Positions 35,795 through 44,717 of a stretch of 44,717 nt of DNA are shown here, piece after piece (the stretch's first letter is position 1; each line of letters begins with the position of its first letter). A model generated the notes under the pieces. It was not told where the DNA came from, ran no database searches, and was given only the letters and a program-made list of their open reading frames with translations. Position numbers and translations under genes: made by a program. Source of the DNA: an uncultured Dictyobacter sp. (GTDB taxonomy: Bacteria > Chloroflexota > Ktedonobacteria > Ktedonobacterales > Ktedonobacteraceae); assembly GCA_964247965.1 (NCBI GenBank), contig CAXTXB010000003.1, forward strand, positions 231 to 44,947, written 5' to 3'.

Positions 35795-35838
35795 AGAGAC
35801 CCACCAGGCCAGAACAGAGCATGGTGGGTCTCTTTTTT
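35793..35838 (+). terminator. Intrinsic terminator
   Basis: AAAGAGACCCACCA...TGGTGGGTCTCTTTTTT. Confidence 0.75.
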
Positions 35839-36250
35839 GTATCTGTATGCGTAGGGTAGGTTGCATGTGAGATCCTTCCCGCTTCACCCTTTATGTTGTG
35901 TCTCTCCTTTCCGGCGCGAGTGTATCACTCCTCCTTCTGTTGTTGCAAGTGATCCTGATATTGCGTCTGATGGGTGAGAGCCTGCGCAGAGTTCTCTCTT
36001 CTTGGTCCCGCCTCTCTTCTTCCTCCTGGAAGATGTCCGACCGCGTGGCCACGCAGTGAGAGATGAAAGACGCTGGCTTGTCAAAAGCAAGCTGAGAACG
36101 TGTTTGGCTTCATCATTAACAGTTTCTTCCACCGTGTCTTTCGTCGTCATCTCTTGCTTCATCGCCCTCAACAGGTGGTTTTCGTCAGCAGCGATGGTAG
36201 CCTTTTCCATCCTTGTGTCGGAAGGATGTGATAATGCTGAGATCATCTTG

Positions 36251-36668
36251 GAAGAACGCCCAACACAGTATCACTTGAAGTCAGAAATACTCCTGGCTTC
36301 GATAGGTGTTCCTGCCTCATAGCCCCTCTACATGAATGAAAACGTACATCGGTCGTTCTTCGACTTCAAGTGAGGTAGCTCTCGTACCTCTCGTATCGTG
36401 TTGTGATGCACATTCTCTCCTGACGAGAAGCTCTCTTTTGCCTCTCGGCTCACATGCCCGGAAGCGGAGGGATGCGAGTGAGACCGCAAAAAGAGAGGTC
36501 GATGAGAAAAGAAACCTATCGAAGCTTTCCTATCTCTATCCTTGCTTCACAGTGTACCTAAGAGTATGGTCTTTTTATGGCTCCCACATCATAGAAAGCG
36601 ATCGGCGTCGTTCTCTTAAAACTATGAGGAGACCTCCATAGTTTCATGGGTGTCAGCCTGGTCGGCTG
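36251..36668. ncRNA. Candidate structured non-coding region
   Basis: Two perfect 12-bp long-range inverted repeats plus several hairpins; no convincing ORF. Confidence 0.35.
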
Positions 36669-36865
36669 GGTAGTCTTCTTGCGTATTCTACTGCAAAAAT
36701 GTGGTAGCAACTAGCTTGCGTTTATCGCCCTCTCACCTCGCCTGCGTCTCTAAGAAACCGGTCATGGCATCCTCCTATCTTGCGATGGCAAGCATGCAGA
36801 TTGTTGGGAAGATCAGATATAGTCAAGAGTAAGTAACACTGAAAGTAACACTGATAGGAGAACTT

Positions 36866-37153
36866 TTGAAATGTTTGAAGTACAGGAGGAATGCTATGTT
36901 TTCTAGCAGAATGCGTACTCAAGGAATGAATTTTGACCTGGAGACCGATGAAGAGGTAAGCCGAGCGAAGGCTCTTATGGAGAAAAATCCTCACAAGTAC
37001 GAAGTATCATCCCTGCGGCGCGATGGAAGTGAGTCACCGAAGCCTCGCCTGTATTATATGGCGAATCCAGGCGAGGGAAAATCAATCCATGAGTGGGTCA
37101 GGTCAGGCGAAGGAGAAGAGCCATTTAGTGATATTGATCTAAAGAGGCTTTGA
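36866..37153 (+). CDS. Hypothetical protein
   Basis: AGGAGG RBS near 36885; true start probably internal to this ORF. Confidence 0.5.
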   Translation: MKCLKYRRNAMFSSRMRTQGMNFDLETDEEVSRAKALMEKNPHKYEVSSLRRDGSESPKPRLYYMANPGEGKSIHEWVRSGEGEEPFSDIDLKRL

Positions 37154-37195
37154 GAACAAGAAAAGTAAATACTACTGATTGGAGGTATTTTCTCT

Positions 37196-37786
37196 ATGAC
37201 CTGTATTGCGGGGCTCGTTGATCCGGAAAGCAACTGTGTTTACATTGGGGGGGATAGTGCATCGACCAATGATAGTGGCTTACAAACGATTCTGGCTGGC
37301 CGTAAAGTCTTTTTTATTGGGAAAGGGGAGAATAGGATGCTTCTGGGTTGCACCACATCATGTCGAATGATGCAATTGTTGCAGTACGAGTTACAGCTTC
37401 CGACGTATGAGCAAGGCATGGAGGTAGAAGAGTACCTCGTGACCAAATTTGTCAATGCGGTGCGAGAATGCCTAAAGACCGGCGGGTTTGCACAGAAAGA
37501 GGATGAAAAGGAGACTGGCGGCAATTTCCTTATCGGCTATCGAGGGAGGCTCTTTGAGGTACAAGATGATTATCAAGTTTCTGAGCCGATAAACGGCTAC
37601 GAGGCTGTGGGCAGCGGAGCAAAGTTCGCCCTCGGGTCAGTGTATGCGACACCCCATCTTCTACCAGAGCAGCGCATCAGACTTGCCCTGGAAGCATCCG
37701 CGTATCACAATGCCTATGTTCGACCGCCATTTCTCATCAAAAGGCTCGAACCTGTCGAGGCACGAGAGGCCGTCCTTTCCGCATAA
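37196..37786 (+). CDS. Phage-type Ntn-hydrolase (HslV/proteasome-beta-like)
   Basis: MTCIAG (Thr2 nucleophile position), VYIGGDSA, KVF, AVGSGAKFALGS, ALEAS...VRPPF. Confidence 0.78.
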   Translation: MTCIAGLVDPESNCVYIGGDSASTNDSGLQTILAGRKVFFIGKGENRMLLGCTTSCRMMQLLQYELQLPTYEQGMEVEEYLVTKFVNAVRECLKTGGFAQKEDEKETGGNFLIGYRGRLFEVQDDYQVSEPINGYEAVGSGAKFALGSVYATPHLLPEQRIRLALEASAYHNAYVRPPFLIKRLEPVEAREAVLSA

Positions 37787-37860
37787 ACGTTCATACATAC
37801 GAACAATTCTCCCGATGGGATTGATGCAAAGGATGCAGTACACGATAGGAGCAAACTATC

Positions 37861-38604
37861 ATGGACAAAGATGAGCAAGAATGGGTCGAAATGAATAGAG
37901 CATTTTCTAGAGATCAGGCCGCAGCCGACGAAGAGTACAGGACCAAAAAAAATGCAGCGTATGATCTCTTGTTTCAGCAAATTGAAGGAGCGAGTCCAGA
38001 GCAGAAACAGATCTACCATGAGCAGTATCGGCAGGTAGCGGATGCCCTGTTACAAACATGTATTGAACGAGGTAGGGCAATTATCGACGCTTACTTCCGT
38101 CACAAGAATGAGCTCGAGGAAAGAGTTCGAAATACACCGAACGATATCATTTCTCCATTCTGGCGCCTTCGTGTGACAGATATTACGGAAGAAGCTCCTC
38201 CTCATGTAAAGAGGCTTTTTCAATCGCTTGACAACGTGCAAGAGATCTATAGTCCAGAAACACTGTATGAATATTTTCGTTTTTTTCTGAATAATCTAAA
38301 GGAGGTGGAGCAGGCAAGTCCAGTCGAAGTGGAGGTTATCCGAGTCACACGTGAGGAATCGGCATTCCATCTGAAGGGATATGAACAAGAAGATCGCGCG
38401 GTCTATCACGTTGATTTTCGGCTTGAGCAACGCAATCTTATCGGCCATGACCACGTTCAAAACGAGATTATCGGAGTGTGGGTCAGCATTGGAGGGCACT
38501 TTGTGCATCGAGTGACGGAGTGGTCGCCCTTCTCTCGACCACTTCGGCAGAAGCCGGATCGCATCCATCGACCGATCCCAAAGGAATTCACCGACGGACA
38601 ATAA
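37861..38604 (+). CDS. Hypothetical protein
   Basis: AGGAG RBS; 247 aa. Confidence 0.6.
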   Translation: MDKDEQEWVEMNRAFSRDQAAADEEYRTKKNAAYDLLFQQIEGASPEQKQIYHEQYRQVADALLQTCIERGRAIIDAYFRHKNELEERVRNTPNDIISPFWRLRVTDITEEAPPHVKRLFQSLDNVQEIYSPETLYEYFRFFLNNLKEVEQASPVEVEVIRVTREESAFHLKGYEQEDRAVYHVDFRLEQRNLIGHDHVQNEIIGVWVSIGGHFVHRVTEWSPFSRPLRQKPDRIHRPIPKEFTDGQ

Positions 38605-38643
38605 GGGCGAGTCGTTCTAAAGCAAGATGAAAAGAGGACTGGA

Positions 38644-39012
38644 ATGCCGTTTTTGCTTGAAATTCCAGACGTGTATGGAAACGTCAATTTGACCAGCTTT
38701 CGGCCAGGTGTTCCATTAAAGCCCGTGGATCGTCTCCGCAATTATTGTTGGGTCCTTGAAGGGACTCTCCTTGAAGACAAGCGAATTGCAATACGCGGGC
38801 CGGAAGAGGCACAAGCCTTTGACTTTTCTCCTGTGTATTGGAACGGCTATTTTGAAGTGATGGGACCGGTGAGAGTGATATCATTCAAAGCATATGTGCA
38901 GCTCTACGAAGCATATCGGAGACAGAGAGAGCTAGTGCCTTTTCGCTGGCATCCGAGCGTCTATAAAAACATTCAGGATCTTGATGAAGATGACGCACAG
39001 AAGAAAAGATAA
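38644..39012 (+). CDS. Hypothetical protein
   Basis: GAGG RBS. Confidence 0.55.
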   Translation: MPFLLEIPDVYGNVNLTSFRPGVPLKPVDRLRNYCWVLEGTLLEDKRIAIRGPEEAQAFDFSPVYWNGYFEVMGPVRVISFKAYVQLYEAYRRQRELVPFRWHPSVYKNIQDLDEDDAQKKR

Positions 39013-39015
39013 GAC

Positions 39016-39402
39016 ATGGAAGAGGTCTCTGATCGCTTTTTTGATGAGGAGAAAAGACTGATGGAACATTTATTTTATCGCTATCCTTTTGATGCGTTTC
39101 ACAAAGTCTCGATTCATGAGATTGGGCCTGGATCGAAACTTCGTCAAGATAGAGATAGCCCAAACGGTTTGTGCGGTGCCATTCCTATTGAAGAAGTAAC
39201 CCCGGTTCGCGATGGGTTTATGGTTACATCCCGAGTAGTACCAGGGATGTATACAGCAAGCTCAAAACAGAATGACATTTACGTGAGATGGGATGGAGCA
39301 ACTCCTCACATCACTCTTACCCAGTACTACCCACCGGACTTTGTTGTCTTTGTACTTATAAAAGAGCATGAACAAAGTGTCATGAAGGCAAGCGATGAAT
39401 GA
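39016..39402 (+). CDS. Hypothetical protein
   Basis: Tight packing with the previous ORF. Confidence 0.55.
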   Translation: MEEVSDRFFDEEKRLMEHLFYRYPFDAFHKVSIHEIGPGSKLRQDRDSPNGLCGAIPIEEVTPVRDGFMVTSRVVPGMYTASSKQNDIYVRWDGATPHITLTQYYPPDFVVFVLIKEHEQSVMKASDE

Positions 39403-39669
39403 GCACGCTTCTGAAAGTCCATTCATGTTTTTCTCTAAGTATTTCATGCAAGCTTGTTCAAAATCATCTATACTAAGGTGGGAACGGTGGAAGGGAAGAG
39501 GGGTAGGATATTCTTTCGGGACTGGATCGAAGGAAGCATCTTCTACTTCAATTCAAAGAGAATGCAAAAGCTGATGACCTTAGAATGCCATCAGCTTTTG
39601 TTTCTATCATCCTTAAGTATAATCTTACAGCCAATCTTTTGTAAATTGGCCTTGTTCAATAGCTGATTA

Positions 39670-39699
39670 CCATTAGGTACTTAATTAAGTACCTAATGG
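39670..39699. promoter_or_regulatory. 30-bp perfect palindrome (copy 2)
   Basis: CCATTAGGTACTTAA|TTAAGTACCTAATGG. Confidence 0.75.
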
Positions 39700-39773
39700 C
39701 TTGCAACCTGGCGCGCAGTGGCCGCCGTTGTGAACGGTGGAATTGCCAAGTAAATCATCGTTTCCGTATATAT

Positions 39774-41249
39774 TTACAGCTCGTCGGGCTCATCGTCGTC
39801 CGGATCGGGCGGCGGAATCGGGCGCGGCGGTTGTGGTGCTGGTGCTGCTGGCTTCGACTTTGGAGTTGCTGGCGTTGGTTGCGCTGGCTGTGCCTGTGGA
39901 TCGGGCGCGATCGTCTTCTTGGGTCGTGGCTTTGATGGTTTCGTTGCGGGCTTTGTTGCCGTTGCAGTTCCCCCAGCTCCACTTGACTGCGCGGCCTGGC
40001 TCTGAGTTTTTGCCTGCTGCTGGGCAAGTCGGCGCTGCGCTTCTACCTCGGAGATCTGGCGTTGCACTTCCTCTTGCTGGCGGATCTCACGCCACGCATC
40101 TTGTATTTGATCCTGTGTGACGGGCACTTGGACGGTTTGCGCTTGTTGTGAGTGGCCGGAATAGATCCAAAATGCCTGGCCTGTTGTTTGACGCAGAACC
40201 GCGTCAACGGGTACTTTCCAGTCGCGCCCCATGCGTACGTGCTGGCGGATCATGCCTTCTTCATCCTCAGCGTATGAGGTGTCGATCTTCAACTTCTTGC
40301 CAGCGCGCTTGGTGATCTCGAAGGGATCGCTGCAGCGATGCACGATATAGGTTGAGCAGGCGTCAAGAATCCGGTTGGCATATTCTGGTGGTCCCAGTCC
40401 AGCATAGCCTTGTGCCGATATGACGAGACATCCGCCAAAACTGCGGGCTTGCTCAAAGAGCATACTGGTCTCCTCGCGGGAGCGCAGCGCGTTCAACTCG
40501 TCAACGATAAAGAGAGTCACAACGCCAGGGCGGCGGCGCTCGGAGACATAATGCATGAAGTCGTGAATGAGAAATCGGCCTAAGCGCGGAGCCTCGTTGC
40601 GCAGCGCGAAGCCGCGCACACGTAGATACACGGCATCCGCGTCCACGTAGTCGAGCGTGCCATCGAGCTGACCGGCCATAGCGTCGAAAAACACGTTATA
40701 GCGCATTTCAACTTGTTTGAGAAGATCCTTATCAAGATTGTGCACGCGCTGGAGCTGCAATCGGTCATTCGCGTAGATTGCTTTCAGTCGATTGAGCCGT
40801 AAGTTTGCTAAGAAGTGATCGCTACTCCTGGGTGTCGTTGGAGCGGCAAGCGCCAGGCCAACGGCATTCGCGGCCACGTCGCCGTAGTAGGGCGACTCTG
40901 CGTAGTCAATCACGGAGAGAAGCCGGTTCTTCATCTCGGTGGCTGTTCCTTGCCAGCCATTATAGTAGATCGATGGAAAGACCTTGATGTTGTGCGCGCC
41001 AGCCGCCTGCATGGTGGCAACGAATCGCGCTGCATTGTCCTGGCCTTCTTCATCGTCGCGTTTCTTTTCGCCCTTCGCGTCTAGATAGATGACTTGCAGG
41101 TTGTGGACTTTGCGTCCGCCGTAGCCGATTCTTTGCAACGTTTCAGTCTTGCCGGTGCCTGATTGACCGGCTGCAACGGCATGAAGGTGTAGTGCTTCAA
41201 GCGGCCAGGTGAAGAGCTTCCCGCGCTGCGTCCATCGTAAATCCCCCAT
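39774..41249 (-). CDS. VirD4/TraD-like type IV coupling protein, ATPase part
   Basis: Walker A GQSGTGKT, YLDAKG, Walker B FIVDE, QARSFG...SAQ, IVHR. Confidence 0.85.
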   Translation of the reverse strand: MGDLRWTQRGKLFTWPLEALHLHAVAAGQSGTGKTETLQRIGYGGRKVHNLQVIYLDAKGEKKRDDEEGQDNAARFVATMQAAGAHNIKVFPSIYYNGWQGTATEMKNRLLSVIDYAESPYYGDVAANAVGLALAAPTTPRSSDHFLANLRLNRLKAIYANDRLQLQRVHNLDKDLLKQVEMRYNVFFDAMAGQLDGTLDYVDADAVYLRVRGFALRNEAPRLGRFLIHDFMHYVSERRRPGVVTLFIVDELNALRSREETSMLFEQARSFGGCLVISAQGYAGLGPPEYANRILDACSTYIVHRCSDPFEITKRAGKKLKIDTSYAEDEEGMIRQHVRMGRDWKVPVDAVLRQTTGQAFWIYSGHSQQAQTVQVPVTQDQIQDAWREIRQQEEVQRQISEVEAQRRLAQQQAKTQSQAAQSSGAGGTATATKPATKPSKPRPKKTIAPDPQAQPAQPTPATPKSKPAAPAPQPPRPIPPPDPDDDEPDEL

Positions 41250-41255
41250 ATAGTG

Positions 41256-41834
41256 TTACTCCTGTTCTCGATCATCGATGGCGATCCCGATCACCATGCT
41301 ACCGCCTGCTGCATCAGGCACGTGTTCAGGGCGTCGTGCTTGTCGCCTGGCGCGTTGCCCTCGACGGTCGATTCTACGCAGTCGGTGCTGTTCCTCTTGC
41401 TCCAACTGGCGTTTCGTCTGCCCTGGTTGCCTCTGTGCGTTGGTTTCTTGAAGCCATGCAACGAATCCGGCAGCCGGTAATGTTCGTAGCCAGATAGGCC
41501 ACGTCTCAGGCCAGAGACGGTGGAGCGGCAGAAGTCGAACATCGAAATTTGCATGTAGGAATGCAAGGTAGTAGTCGCTCCACTCCTTGATAAGCATCCG
41601 TTCTAAGCCGTGTGTGTAAAAGTAGAAAATGAGTCCAGCACCGGCAAAGGTCAGCGCAAACCACAAGTACCACGTCCAGGAAGTGCGGGGAGTGAGCCGC
41701 CAAACCAGTAACCCAACGACAACGCAGGGAAGGCCGGTGATGATGACGAGAGCTGCTCCTACGCAAAGGGTGATGCCCCATTCGATGCCGCCGCCGTTGT
41801 TAGAGTTGTGCTGGGATCTACGGGAGATAGTCAT
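41256..41834 (-). CDS. Membrane protein, probable detached N-terminal anchor of the coupling protein
   Basis: Two to three TM segments; lies between relaxase and ATPase genes. Confidence 0.65.
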   Translation of the reverse strand: MTISRRSQHNSNNGGGIEWGITLCVGAALVIITGLPCVVVGLLVWRLTPRTSWTWYLWFALTFAGAGLIFYFYTHGLERMLIKEWSDYYLAFLHANFDVRLLPLHRLWPETWPIWLRTLPAAGFVAWLQETNAQRQPGQTKRQLEQEEQHRLRRIDRRGQRARRQARRPEHVPDAAGGSMVIGIAIDDREQE

Positions 41835-42543
41835 GGCCGTAGTCCTCCAAATTGTAAATCTTGAACGGCTTGCGCATGTCGGGCATGAAGTCTTCCAGCC
41901 GTTTCTCGACCTGGCGGCGCGTTGCTGGGGTAGTGAAGTACCAGACTGACTTATAAGTGAGTGCCAGCTCGCGCAGATCATCTTCCAGCTCGTCCTCGGT
42001 CTTTGCATTGCACTCGACCTCGATCGCGGTGATCTTGCCGTTTTCGGCGTTCGTGAGGATCGCGTCGGCTGCGTGCGGTTTGGTCTCGCCCTTCTCTCGT
42101 TGCCCTTGTTCTCTCAGGATCTCGCGTTCTGATTGCCAGGGGTCTTTAGGGCGTTTCGCCTCGATCGAGAGGCGCACCTGGTTAATATAGAAGAGGTGTG
42201 GGATATGGGTGCCTGATGGCGCGCCGCTATAATTGAATTTTAGGTCACATTCTCGGAGCCCAGCGCGGGTGAGCCAGATCCATGTTCTATCGCGGTGGCG
42301 AATGCCGTCCTTCTCGATGAGCCCCAACGCCAGCCACTTGCGGATCAGCTCATACGTGCGGTCGAGGGAGATGAAGTCTACATCCTCGCGCAACTTTTTG
42401 CGGTCGGCATCCGGGGTATAGCGGTAGAGGAGTCGCTGTAGTTGATCAATGCGGATCGCATATTGTAGGCCGATCCACAGCAGGCAGAGCCGATCTCGCG
42501 GTGTGAGATGATAAGTCTTAGGTGAGCCGTCAGATATAAGCAT
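41818..42543 (-). CDS. Replication-relaxation (Replic_Relax) family putative relaxase
   Basis: LTPRD..L..I...QLQRL, WLTRAG, H...INQVR, WQSERE, ADA, AIEVE...KT; AAGGAGG RBS before ATG 42543. Confidence 0.8.
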   Translation of the reverse strand: MLISDGSPKTYHLTPRDRLCLLWIGLQYAIRIDQLQRLLYRYTPDADRKKLREDVDFISLDRTYELIRKWLALGLIEKDGIRHRDRTWIWLTRAGLRECDLKFNYSGAPSGTHIPHLFYINQVRLSIEAKRPKDPWQSEREILREQGQREKGETKPHAADAILTNAENGKITAIEVECNAKTEDELEDDLRELALTYKSVWYFTTPATRRQVEKRLEDFMPDMRKPFKIYNLEDYGHDYLP

Positions 42544-42746
42544 GTTCCTCCTTGTGTCGTAGTGCTTCAAATTATAGAATTTTTGCTCAAGATGATTTTA
42601 GCAGATCAGTCAAGCGACCGGCTATACTGGCATTCTTACGCGCTTGATGCAATGCGGAAATGATGGATGTTGTTGATTTACTTGGCAATTTGCAGGGCAG
42701 GGGATTGAGTCGGTGAGCAGGCTTCTAAGGCTGATGCAGTGCATTG

Positions 42747-42772
42747 TAAGTACTTAATTAGGTACTTAATGG
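42747..42772. promoter_or_regulatory. TAAGTACTTA double palindrome, copy 3 (candidate oriT-region site)
   Basis: TAAGTACTTAATTAGGTACTTAATGG; reverse complement matches 255-278 over 24 bp. Confidence 0.6.
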
Positions 42773-42878
42773 TAAAAGATAGGTGTTATACAATCCGCTC
42801 CTATATATAGAGCTGTGCGCAGCGTGGCCGTATCGGGTAAAATGAGAGTGGAGATTGTGCCAGGAGAGAGGATCGGCT

Positions 42879-43202
42879 ATGACGAAGGTGAGGCTACGCG
42901 GCGAGGTGTACATCTTGCAGCCGCCGCGCAATGATGAGGACCGCCGAAAGTTGCGGTGGATCTCAGAATGCTATCCAGTCGAAGCGGTGCGCCAGGAAGC
43001 GGCGATGCTGCTGCAATCGATCCGTTGCACCGCGAAGCCTGGCGGGAAGTTATGCAGGGCTTCAGCTCGCAGTCGGTGTTATCATTGTGAGCGTGCGATA
43101 TGCGGGCGACATCGAGTAAAGGTGCGGTCGGACCTGGGTGGAAGTTATCACGTTTGCCTGCTTTGTCGCTGGCAAGTCGTGCCACATCTCGATAGAGCAT
43201 AG
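42879..43202 (+). CDS. Zn-finger protein
   Basis: C..C..CYHC...ICGRH...VCLLC; GAGG RBS. Confidence 0.55.
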   Translation: MTKVRLRGEVYILQPPRNDEDRRKLRWISECYPVEAVRQEAAMLLQSIRCTAKPGGKLCRASARSRCYHCERAICGRHRVKVRSDLGGSYHVCLLCRWQVVPHLDRA

Positions 43203-43466
43203 GTGGCGTTCTAGGTTGTGTACGGTTGTCCTTATCAGTCACGAGCGGGGAACCCTAGTTGTACAAAAAATGTACGGTTTCCCCTAGAGACTCCCACCGC
43301 GCAGCAAGCCACGCGACTACCACCTCCACACCGCCGCCGCTTCCGCATAAGCCTCCTCGAAACCAGTATACCTGATTTTGCGCCAAAATGCCTGGCGTCC
43401 AAGCAGACGAGTTTTTACACAAGGTGCGAATTGAAGCCAAAAGTTGCTCATTTATCTAACTACTTT

Positions 43467-44447
43467 TTACTTATCATCTGGCGTAGCCGTCGCCATGTTA
43501 TGAAGGACTACAAGTGCTGCGCGTGCATCCTCTAACGCCCGGTGTCCACCGTCGAGCGGTTGCCATCGGTAGCTATGCCAGTAGTCAGACCAGTCGCCGC
43601 AAAATTGCGCGTACCAGAGCTTTAAACAGGCCCATTTTTGCATCAGCTCTGGCAACTGATAACGATGCGCTGCGCGATCCATGACGGAGCTATCGAAATC
43701 GGCTCCGTATGCGAGTAGGAGAGAGCGCCCAGCTAATGCTGCTTGCAGATCCGGCCAGAGATATGGCAACACTGGTGCGTTCGCTAATTCTTCATCACTA
43801 ATTCCATGTACAGCTCGTGCTCCGGACTCGACGGCCACAGGTGGATTGACAAGAGAGTGAAATAGCGTGGAGCCGTTCGGCGCTATAACTGCGATCTCCA
43901 CCGGATAGCCGGTTAACGACGTAGTTTCTGTATCGAGAATGGCCCAATCATCGCGGGTCATGATCTGGCGCGCCCATTCTATAGCCTCTAATCGGTCCCC
44001 ATAGATCCTAGTTTCTCGTGCTATATCCCTTTTGCACTCTTTGCAGAGGCCCGGCCATGCAAAATAATAGCGCAGCGCCGTCAAGCTAGACGGTTTATAG
44101 CCGCAGTGTTCACACTTCCATTTCTCATGCTGACATTGACGAGCGTGTTCAAGCGCCTGGAGTTGACGATCTGTACAAATTCGGCGTGGTTTGGCTTGGC
44201 GTTCATCGTAGAGCCAACACCATTCATCCTTGCAGATAATGCAGCCGTCAGGTTGAGCGCGATCGCGTGGTTTGAGATGCTTAGAGCGGAGCTGGCTATA
44301 GGTTTGTAGATGTGCAGGCGCTTGTTGCCAAGCGTAGTATGTGACACCTGGGCATGGTTTAGAAGGCTCTTGCTTCCAAATATCAGAGCATATAGTGCAT
44401 TGATATGGGTAACGTTCGCCTTTTCGATAAACTAAGTTATGTTTCAT
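43467..44447 (-). CDS. DEDDh 3'-5' exonuclease (DnaQ-like) with N-terminal Zn-finger domains
   Basis: ILDTETT, VEIAVI, VHGISDE, AYGADFD, HRALEDA; N-terminal CTIC, CEHC...CKEC. Confidence 0.9.
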   Translation of the reverse strand: MKHNLVYRKGERYPYQCTICSDIWKQEPSKPCPGVTYYAWQQAPAHLQTYSQLRSKHLKPRDRAQPDGCIICKDEWCWLYDERQAKPRRICTDRQLQALEHARQCQHEKWKCEHCGYKPSSLTALRYYFAWPGLCKECKRDIARETRIYGDRLEAIEWARQIMTRDDWAILDTETTSLTGYPVEIAVIAPNGSTLFHSLVNPPVAVESGARAVHGISDEELANAPVLPYLWPDLQAALAGRSLLLAYGADFDSSVMDRAAHRYQLPELMQKWACLKLWYAQFCGDWSDYWHSYRWQPLDGGHRALEDARAALVVLHNMATATPDDK

Positions 44448-44487
44448 ATTTACTCCTTTTGATCTAAATAACGCTTATGCAATAATA

Positions 44488-44557
44488 AATATATAGCACA
44501 TATCTGGGGGAGTTGTCAAGAGGTTGATAAAAATATTACCATTGTGTTGGTAATATT
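44488..44557 (-). promoter_or_regulatory. Exonuclease promoter with an upstream 11-bp inverted repeat
   Basis: Minus-strand TTGACA at 44519-44514; AAATATTACCA-6 nt-TGGTAATATTT at 44531-44557. Confidence 0.5.
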
Positions 44558-44717
44558 TAAGCATACAAGCAGTGATAAAGTATTTCCTTAGTGTAGGCTA
44601 TTCCTATAGTCGGGGATGGAAGAGGAAAGCGAGAGCAGATGACGGAGGTCCAGGTCTGGCCGCGATGGTGGGCGAGTGCGTGTGTGGGTGATGATCGTGT
44701 TGGGGTCGCCTGTGAGG

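Noticed and set aside
35884-36322. ORFs 35884-36246 (-) and 36002-36322 (+)
   Set aside because: They overlap each other, have no recognisable motifs and low-complexity content; neither could be supported
39670-39699. Protelomerase (telRL-like) target site
   Set aside because: No tyrosine recombinase or protelomerase gene was recognised, and imperfect copies occur elsewhere, which fits a binding site better
44640-44717. Telomere or terminal inverted repeat at the window end
   Set aside because: There is no match to the window start and only a tiny CCTGTGAGG palindrome; window ends may be arbitrary, so topology cannot be determined

Overview
The window looks like most or all of a ~45-kb plasmid-type mobile element. 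A Ktedonobacteria/Chloroflexota host is inferred from the gene repertoire and is not verified. No phage structural genes, integrase, rRNA or CRISPR array were recognised. From left to right: (i) a tandem-HTH Rep-like gene flanked by iteron-like repeats, a promoter/terminator-bounded small RNA, an antirepressor and an HTH-GNAT regulator; (ii) a ~26-kb rightward accessory run with a TIR pair, Nudix, its own DnaN clamp, MazG-like NTP-PPase, a sigma factor, DUF5131 and many small Zn-finger proteins, plus an antisense Shedu nuclease and a complete ISL3 element (IRs and 8-bp target duplication) carrying an adenine methyltransferase; (iii) a Streptomyces Tap-like family-B DNA polymerase paired with an unusual partner (amphipathic N-terminus, long coiled coil, acidic Tyr-rich tail), the best candidate for an undescribed protein-primed DNA synthesis or telomere system; (iv) a type Ib parA partition locus preceded by a clamp-motif micro-ORF; (v) a structured non-coding region, an Ntn-hydrolase, a mobilisation module (Replic_Relax relaxase, split VirD4-like coupling protein) bracketed by TAAGTACTTA palindromes, and a DEDDh exonuclease. 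All family calls come from motif recognition by eye; no searches were run.
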